The notes under the pieces: model-generated
Databases searched by the model: none
Told to the model about the DNA's origin: nothing
The model's input: the letters and a program-made list of their open reading frames with translations, nothing else
Assembly: GCA_918797485.1 (NCBI GenBank)
Contig: CAKKNE010000001.1
Location: 1,426,001 to 1,490,000 of the forward strand
DNA: 64,000 bases
Source of the DNA: Pelagomonas calceolata
Lineage: Eukaryota
Direction of reading: 5' to 3'
Position numbers and translations under genes: made by a program
Part shown: one piece after another, positions 56,701-64,000 of the stretch
Layout of the letters: the number at the start of each line of letters is the position of its first letter
Position numbering within the stretch: position 1 is the stretch's first letter

Positions 56701-57806
56701 TCCGCCTGCCTCTGTATTCATTATCCCGCTTCCGCCGCTCGCGGTCGTGCTTGTTCTCGAGATCAGCGAGTTTCTTATCTCGGAAAAACTTCTTGGACTT
56801 GGAATCTTCCCGAAATTTATCGATGGCCGCCCAGCGCTCCTCGCGCTTGCGCTCGGCCACCTCATCTTCCACTTGTTCTCTCGCTGCTCTAGCTTGGTCT
56901 TCTTTGTCTTGGATGTCTTGGACGGACGTATCTAAGTAGCCGAAGAAGATGGGGGACCGTAATGAGGGATCCCATTCCGCGGGCGGTCGCCGGGGATCTC
57001 TGGGCGGCCTCCCCTCGACGGGTAGGGGGTGGTCCGTCTCGGGGGCCGGTGCTGGGGCGGCCTCATCAAAGATACCTGCGTGGACATCAAATTGTAACCT
57101 GACTCGCTGGTTGATTTCCACACCGGAACGTGCCGCTCGCGACGGAACCAGAATCTTGTGTTAATGGAGACTGCGGTCCCGACGCCGCCGTGAAGTCGTC
57201 GTCGCTGATCGAGGCGGCTGTAGAATGGGCCGTCGAGGTCACACTTGGAGAGGGCGAGGCTCTTCCCGTGGGTTCTGGCGAGGGCGCGGGCGCCGGGGCC
57301 GGCGCCAACGCGAGTGGTCCTAGATCCTCCGACTCAAGGTCCTCGTCGTCCTCGTCGTCCGTGTGGCCCGTGTATTCAAAGGTCTCGGGGTCGCCTCTTT
57401 CTATGCGTTCGAGGAACATCCGATGTCTACTAAGCTTCCGAGGCGCGTCTTCATCGATAGCCATCACGTAGTCCCTCGAGGCGGGGTGCCAGGTCCGTCG
57501 CTTCTTGGCCGCTTCATCTAAATGTCTTTCCTCTTCTATTTCATACGTCACGCGGTAGTAGTCCTCCCAAGACGTCTGGTCACCGAGGACTTCCGCGGCC
57601 TCGCGCTTAGGGTGCGGCACGGCGGCCTCGCCCGGTCTGCTCTCAAACGCGTGCGCGCAGTGGCCGTATTCATCTAGCGCGCGGCGCACGTCCACGAGAG
57701 ACCACCTCTGGAAAAACGCGAACCGCTCCGCGAGTTCCTTCAAACGCTCCGTCTTCGAGCCCTCCTCGACCTGGCGCATGATGAGCGTGGACGAGGCGAC
57801 GCCCAT
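47788..57806 (-). CDS. Giant multidomain protein: EF-hand, IQ, CLU-like, LamG (concanavalin A-like), LRR (FBXL/AMN1 type); ~8 exons
   Basis: FDWDGDGFLGPEEL; LQNIWRG; AGHERNG...VPLSATVDYHGFRV...LVHGTDDRG...MLRPEYV (CLU); WQHVVGTYDG...LFVNG; LTD...C..L LRRs. Frame-restoring introns at 57076-57133, 56250-56496, 55102-55235, 50784-50853, 50472-50625 and 48638-48834, plus an uncertain one at ~54599-54667. Confidence 0.8.
57076..57125. mobile_element. Mini-introner (50 bp; GC-AG intron 57076-57133)
   Basis: TIR ctgcgtggacatcaa / ttgatttccacaccg. Decayed TSD aaagatac / gaacgtgc. Splicing gives VAS/GIFDE. Confidence 0.85.
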
Positions 57807-58128
57807 GGTGGCTGTTGCGTGGCGCGCGGCCTCTAGTGATCTGCCTTGCTATCGATGGGGAGAGGTGGGGCTGCCCAGAGGTAGGGCTGCCCCGCAGCTC
57901 GGTGCTGCCACGAGTCCGAGCAAGCCGTCGGCGTCGCCTAGGAGCGCACGGCTGCGACGCGCTGCGGCCGTGCCTGGCCGACGAGCGCCCCGGCCGCGCT
58001 CGATGGCAGCCGCGCTGGGCTCTTTGCTTTGAGTGGGCGCTGGGGCCGACCCGCCGCTAGCACTGCGGAGGCCTCGTGGAATGGTCGCGGATGGGTCCCT
58101 GGTCGCGCGACCGGTGGAACCCGCGCGA

Positions 58129-58150
58129 GCTAGCGGCTGTAAGGCACTAG
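58129..58150. promoter_or_regulatory. CTAG-N-CTAG motif in a divergent promoter region
   Basis: gctagcggctgtaaggcactag, between the 57806 (-) and 58327 (+) starts. Confidence 0.55.
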
Positions 58151-58326
58151 CAAGCAAAACAAGCTCGATTTGGCTGGCTCCCGCCTCCGCTGTGCTTGCT
58201 GCTCATCGCCGCTCTTTACAATACGTTCGCGTTTTCAGTGCTCGCGCTGCGCCTGTGCTGCATCTGTTACAAGAGCAGCGTTATCACTGCGCCAAGCTCA
58301 ATCCACTCTGCTCCCCCCTCATCGCA

Positions 58327-59463
58327 ATGTCTACCGCCAAACCGCCGCGCGTCAACACTATGTCAGCCGCCGAGCGCGTCGGCCAGCTCTTGGGCAACGA
58401 CATCGCCGGGCGCGTCATCGAGTGCTTCGACTTCTGCCTCATCCAAAGTCGCGTCGCGGCGTGCGTGAGTGTGCGCTGGAGCACCTTGGCGGTGCAGCGG
58501 CGGGAGCTTATAGAGAACGCCTTCTGGGACGAGCCGGGACCGGACGCGGTCGCTGAGGCCCATGTTAGAATGGATGACTTTAACGATAGCATGGAGGAGA
58601 CGATTGCTCAGAACGCAGCGGCCGTGACGGCCGCGTCGCAGGGTGACCCGGTTGCCGATCACCTGCGGCGCTTAGGCCGCACACGAGGAGCGCATGTCGT
58701 CGACGCTGGCGAGTCGAGTGTCGCGAGCTACGTCACGTATGCCGAATATCTGCCCACGAACGGCCACAAACATCGCGTGCTCATCGTCGCGCGGGACGAG
58801 GACCTCGGCAAATGGGTCGCAGCGTTTAGTGGAAAGCCTTACTACCGCGGCGACTTCGACGCGTGCCCAAACTTCGCGGAGTATGACTACGACGCGGCCG
58901 AGCCCCTAGACGTCTACGTGTGCTCCGATGAATGCATTCGCCGGCACTGGGACGCATTTTTTGCGATTAACTCCGATCCAAACCAACCCAGTCGCCCCCG
59001 CATGGCAATCGTCGTCGACGCCGGCGCGGGAAACGCCCACACGATCATGCCGTTGATAAGCCTCGACCTCAACCGAATTGCTGGCAGCTGCCACGTGGTG
59101 TCGAAGCCGCTGCCGCCGGCGGGGATGCCCCGTATCGTTAACGGTGCGGGGCCGGGCCTCGACCTCGTGGAGGCTCTCTTTCGCCTGCACTGGGTGAACC
59201 CGCTGATGGCGGATTTGGTGGTCGAGCCGCTTCTGCGACGAACCGGCCCGGACCGGCCGTTTACAGCGGGCGGGGATGGCCCGCCGGGCGTCCTCCATCC
59301 GCCGGGCGAACCGGTCCTCCGGCCCGGGCTCGCCACGACGGACGACGCGGAGAGGGGACGGTACAAGTTCCTCTGGGAGGTCATTCGGATCGACATCTGC
59401 GAGCGCCTCGTCGAGGAGTACTACCACATCAACGTGCCGGCGGCTTTGGCGGAAGGCTCTTGA
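58327..59463 (+). CDS. Hypothetical protein with F-box-like N-terminus
   Basis: LGNDIAGRVIECFD...AACVSVRWSTLA. Confidence 0.55.
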   Translation: MSTAKPPRVNTMSAAERVGQLLGNDIAGRVIECFDFCLIQSRVAACVSVRWSTLAVQRRELIENAFWDEPGPDAVAEAHVRMDDFNDSMEETIAQNAAAVTAASQGDPVADHLRRLGRTRGAHVVDAGESSVASYVTYAEYLPTNGHKHRVLIVARDEDLGKWVAAFSGKPYYRGDFDACPNFAEYDYDAAEPLDVYVCSDECIRRHWDAFFAINSDPNQPSRPRMAIVVDAGAGNAHTIMPLISLDLNRIAGSCHVVSKPLPPAGMPRIVNGAGPGLDLVEALFRLHWVNPLMADLVVEPLLRRTGPDRPFTAGGDGPPGVLHPPGEPVLRPGLATTDDAERGRYKFLWEVIRIDICERLVEEYYHINVPAALAEGS

Positions 59464-59527
59464 ATTCCCCCCTCGCGTCTTTAAGCATGAACTAAAATAT
59501 ATGCCTGATTACGCCGCCACCGATTCC

Positions 59528-60934
59528 CTAGTACCGGCTCGACATGCGCACCAAAAAGAACGGCCGCGCCTCGGCCGCCGCGGGCGGCCGAAATTCGGCG
59601 TTCGGCAGGCGCAGTTTCAGCTTGTTGTTGATGCGCATCATCTCCACCTCCCTCACTAGATTGCGGGACGCCCACCGCTTGAGCGATTTCCGCGCGAACC
59701 GCGCCCGCCTAGCGGCCTCTTCTTGAGAAACATGCAATTCGACCGAAACGCGCGCACCCGGATGATACGCCCTAACCACATAGCCGCTCTTCTTCCTACT
59801 GTTACATTTGAGGGCCGTGACCAGCCAATTGGAGGAAGCTATTCTGTTCAAATCTTTGGCGTGCGTATATGTGGTCGGATAGTTTGTGGTCGTCGACAGG
59901 ACGACCTCCTCTCCAACGGGAGCGCTCTCCTTACGGTTGGGGTCGGGCCCGAAGTTCGGGCGCATGATCGATGATAGGACGATGTCCGGGCGTCCCGTCT
60001 TTGGTGCTTTCACACTGTCTTTGATGGACGCGGGCCAGCCGGCCGGCGTCGCGACACGGTCCGGCGGCCGCTCCTTCGCTCTCTCACTTTGACGTGAAGC
60101 TTGTCTCGAGGCTTTTCGGGCAGTTTCGTCCGCGCCGACGCGCGCCGCCGCCGCCGCGTCCGCGGCGTACAACACGCTTCGAATCCAGGCGTCGGCCCGG
60201 AACCAGGCCCGCTCGCACTCTTTGTTGACGAGCGAAAAGTCGGGCTCGTCGTCGCCCAAAAAGTGTTGTAGGGCTCGCCTCTTGAAGTCCGGAACTTCCC
60301 GCGCGTCGACGGATCGGACCGCCGCGACGAGTGATTCGGCGCCGTAGCGGTCCACGAACTTCACGAAGTGGGGCCACGTTAACTCTTCAAACGGGACTTC
60401 TCGCACAGCTAGTAAGAGTAACGCGGCACCGGCCAACGCCAAAGGCATTGGCGGCGAGTCGATCTTCGCGAGAGCCTCGACGTCTCGCAAATTGAATCTC
60501 TGGGACGCCTCCTGGGCGGACTCCGCGCCGGTGGCGGCGTGGGCCCAGCCCTTGGACGAGCTAGGTTCAAAGGCCACCGCTCGCGTACCGGTCGTCGACG
60601 GTCGACGCCTTCTTCGAGTTCGCTTGTGCGGGTCGTCGCGCTGCGGCCGCCACCTCCGCAACGCGTCGGCGGCGTAGTTGGCTTGTCTAAACAATTTCTG
60701 CGTCCTTTGAAAATCGACGCCATAACTCGGATGCCACGTCTTGCCTCGCAGCAGGTCGCGCTGCTCGAGCGCTTCGGCGTGCCAGTTCGCCGTTGTGAGT
60801 AGGCTCTTGGCGCCGGCGCGGTCGTAGAATTCTTCCGAGAACTGGTCGAAGGCCGGCGCGCGCGGCGGCTTGCGCGTTCGTAGGGGATAGGACGTGTTCG
60901 GCCGCATGCCGCGGGCGACGTCGGCGCCGCGCAT
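59528..60934 (-). CDS. Hypothetical protein containing a dynein microtubule-binding-stalk-like domain
   Basis: DVEALAKIDSPP...AALLLL...TW...VNKEC...AWIRSVLY pattern. Confidence 0.65.
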   Translation of the reverse strand: MRGADVARGMRPNTSYPLRTRKPPRAPAFDQFSEEFYDRAGAKSLLTTANWHAEALEQRDLLRGKTWHPSYGVDFQRTQKLFRQANYAADALRRWRPQRDDPHKRTRRRRRPSTTGTRAVAFEPSSSKGWAHAATGAESAQEASQRFNLRDVEALAKIDSPPMPLALAGAALLLLAVREVPFEELTWPHFVKFVDRYGAESLVAAVRSVDAREVPDFKRRALQHFLGDDEPDFSLVNKECERAWFRADAWIRSVLYAADAAAAARVGADETARKASRQASRQSERAKERPPDRVATPAGWPASIKDSVKAPKTGRPDIVLSSIMRPNFGPDPNRKESAPVGEEVVLSTTTNYPTTYTHAKDLNRIASSNWLVTALKCNSRKKSGYVVRAYHPGARVSVELHVSQEEAARRARFARKSLKRWASRNLVREVEMMRINNKLKLRLPNAEFRPPAAAEARPFFLVRMSSRY

Positions 60935-61460
60935 GGCTCCGACCGGTACTTGCCGAACGCTCGTCGGCGGCGGGCCGCGTCGGTGCTTGCTAGCTTGTGG
61001 TGGCCGAGAGGAGGCTGCCCAAATCGGCGCCCGGGGCGGTGCGTTTGCGCGGCTTTTGCGATGGCCGCCGGGTCACGGGCGTGACGAATGCTTCTCCCGT
61101 GCGTCGAGGCTGCCCGGGTGCTACTGGCTCCCGGGACGGAGGCTTTTTAGCGGCACAGAGTGCAGCTAGCGCCGTCCGTCCAAACCCTAGTAGCCGCGAG
61201 AGCCCCGCCGCCTCTAGTACTCGGGCCGCGACCGAGGATACCTCGAGGTCCCTCCGACGCGGTGGGGCGCTCGGGCCCCAGCAGCGGCTCTCTCAAACGC
61301 AGAGAGGGCGCTCCATAAAGCGCCTATGAGGAGACGATAGACCCGCGCGCCGAACGCCGTCGCGGCGAGCCGCGGGGACCACATCCCACCGTGGACGCGG
61401 CTGCCGCGCGAACAAGGGACCGCGAGCAGAGCACTTGCCAGCACCAAGGACAGGTCGACG

Positions 61461-62642
61461 ATGGGGGCAGCCGACGACGCCACGCGCCCGGCAGCTCATG
61501 ATGATGCGGCCATGGTGAGCCCCGTCGTCCTGGCCCAGAGGAAGCGCCGGGCCGAGGCCCAAAAGCCTCCGGCCGTGACGCCGCGCGACGGCGCCATGAC
61601 CTGGGAGAAGCGCAACAACAGCCTCGAGGATCTACGGAAGCAGCTGCGCCAGCGGCCAGCGCGCATCCGCGACGCCCCCACAACGCCACCGGAGGAGTCC
61701 CGCACCGTCCGGAGAGCCTTGGCGGCGCAACGAGCTTTGGCCGTGGATTCTTTAGCGGCCGAGTGCGCAGCTAGACTAGCCCTGGCGACGAATGAGGACT
61801 ACTCCGAGAATCCACTGAACAAGTACGCTCACCTCGAAGAATCCCTGGCGAACCTGAAACGCGCGCTGCAGGACGCCGCGAAGGCCGTCGAAGCGGAAGA
61901 GGCCGCCATCGAGGGCGAAGCGCGGACCCTGCACGAGGTCGAGGCGGACATGCGCGCCTGCACGCAGCGCTTATTGGCCGGTGATACTACTGTAGCATCA
62001 AAACTCGAAGCGCTCGACTTGGAATTGGACTCCCACGCCTCGAAGCAAGTAAGAGAAGAAGAGCGCAACGAGTTGTGGGATTTGCGGGAGGCCCCGGCGA
62101 ACGCGCTGGCGCTCGCGCGGACTAGAAGGTTGGTGCCGCGGGACGTTTCCAACAGTTCGATCAAGGTGTTGCGACGGCTCTACGCCTCGGCCCTGCCCGA
62201 CAACCTCGACGCTTCGAGAAAACTCGCGCGGCGCGTCTTCCACACGCCGGCCTTGTGGCTGGTTCACGCTTCCGCGAAAGATTTAAGCGGTATGCACGAG
62301 GCCGACCTCACGCGCAAGTACGACTGCACGCAGCTGGACGTTGTGGAATTGCGTGCAGTCTACGGCGCCGTGAAATCTATACGATGGCGCGACGTGAAAG
62401 GCCACGCGGACGGCCGCGCGGCGTGGCGGAAGGCGGCTAGGGATCGATTGGTGGCGTTGGTGGACCGGGAGCGGCGGGGGGCGCTGCGTCCCCATGAAAC
62501 GCGGCGCCCGGAGTACGCGTGCTTCGACGCGACGCGCGTCGACCTGGACGCGGTCGTGGTAGTGGATGTCGCGGACCTGGACGTCATGGAGACGGACTCG
62601 GCGTCCTTCGACGGGTTGAGCGGGCATTCGCTAGGAGCATAA
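61461..62642 (+). CDS. Hypothetical coiled-coil protein
   Basis: 393-aa ATG ORF; conserved-looking LWLVH...HEADLTRKY...LDVVELRAVY block. Confidence 0.65.
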   Translation: MGAADDATRPAAHDDAAMVSPVVLAQRKRRAEAQKPPAVTPRDGAMTWEKRNNSLEDLRKQLRQRPARIRDAPTTPPEESRTVRRALAAQRALAVDSLAAECAARLALATNEDYSENPLNKYAHLEESLANLKRALQDAAKAVEAEEAAIEGEARTLHEVEADMRACTQRLLAGDTTVASKLEALDLELDSHASKQVREEERNELWDLREAPANALALARTRRLVPRDVSNSSIKVLRRLYASALPDNLDASRKLARRVFHTPALWLVHASAKDLSGMHEADLTRKYDCTQLDVVELRAVYGAVKSIRWRDVKGHADGRAAWRKAARDRLVALVDRERRGALRPHETRRPEYACFDATRVDLDAVVVVDVADLDVMETDSASFDGLSGHSLGA

Positions 62643-62818
62643 CTTACGCGTTGTTCATCGCAGTACGCGCGTTTCGATTCGATGAGGGTCGATCTGGACG
62701 CCGTCGTCGGCGTGATCGATGCCAGACACGTCGTCGTCTTGGACGAGCTGAACACTGCTAAGTCCTGAGCGGCCACTCGCTAGGAGGTTCGCTAGGAACA
62801 TAACTTACGCGTTGTTCA

Positions 62819-62820
<2 letters not shown>
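62512..62820 (+). repeat. Diverged ~150-bp tandem duplication of a gene 3' end
   Basis: 62512-62659 vs 62662-62820; both end cgctaggaRcataacttacgcgttgttcatc. Confidence 0.85.
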
Positions 62821-63674
<854 letters not shown>

Positions 63675-63735
63675 TTATGAAATAATGTGCGGGAGCGGCC
63701 GGCTCGGGCCGCAAGAGGTACTATACTTATGTACT

Positions 63736-64000
63736 TCATAGGGTAAGGTAAAACGGCAGGGGGGATTAAAGCTGCGACTATCAGAGCGACCGGGGGTATT
63801 CCACCGGACATAGGAACCGCTATTAGATTTATGATCGACCGACTTGACCACTCTCCAAAAAATCCCGCAAGCCGTGCGGTACCGTCGTCATGGGGGTAAG
63901 GTATTTTAAACGGGCCGGGATTAAAACCAAAAATATATCAGCGACACCACTATTACACAGGACATAGGGACCGGTATTGGATTCATGATCGACCGACTTG
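63736..64000. repeat. Diverged tandem repeat, period 154 bp, running off the window end
   Basis: ggacatagg at 63806 and 63960; atgatcgaccgacttg at 63831 and 63985. Confidence 0.85.

Noticed and set aside
2922..58150. CTAG motif as a CRISPR repeat or Helitron 3' end
   Set aside because: Copies are kilobases apart with no spacer array or cas genes. The base after the final CTAG is usually not T, and there is no consistent subterminal GC hairpin.
62662..62768. CobW-like LDAVVGVIDARH motif
   Set aside because: Too short, with no P-loop or CxCC; explained by the local tandem duplication.

Overview
Gene-dense, GC-rich eukaryotic nuclear DNA. It looks like a pelagophyte alga (Pelagomonas/Aureococcus type); this is inferred from intron style, codon usage and gene content. 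About 30 protein-coding genes or gene fragments are present, mostly on the minus strand. Recognisable ones include NAA10, DGAT2, RPL7A, a SET/Tudor H3K36-type methyltransferase, soluble pyrophosphatase, NLE1, a hydroxylysine-kinase-like protein, a Rab2-like GTPase and a ~10 kb EF-hand/CLU/LamG/LRR gene. The main non-coding signal is a family of intron-generating DNA transposons (introners). Seven copies have ~15-bp TIRs (CTGTGYGSAAATCAA...TTGATTTSCRCACAG) and 8-bp target-site duplications that are perfect in three copies and decayed in four. The element end supplies the AG acceptor in either orientation, and the upstream TSD copy supplies a GT/GC donor, so splicing restores the reading frame. 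Most other introns carry eroded pieces of the same element (core GCCATCGACGCGAC), and a subset shares its own 5' motif. A separate ~22-bp intergenic motif (GCTAGCGGnnGTAAGRCACTAG) recurs at least 8 times near gene starts and has no explanation I recognise. Other oddities are a stand-alone dynein stalk-like domain, an ET domain inside a CH-domain protein, truncated gene fragments, a hairpin plus direct repeat, and a 154-bp tandem repeat at the window end. All coordinates were read by hand and may be off by a few bases.
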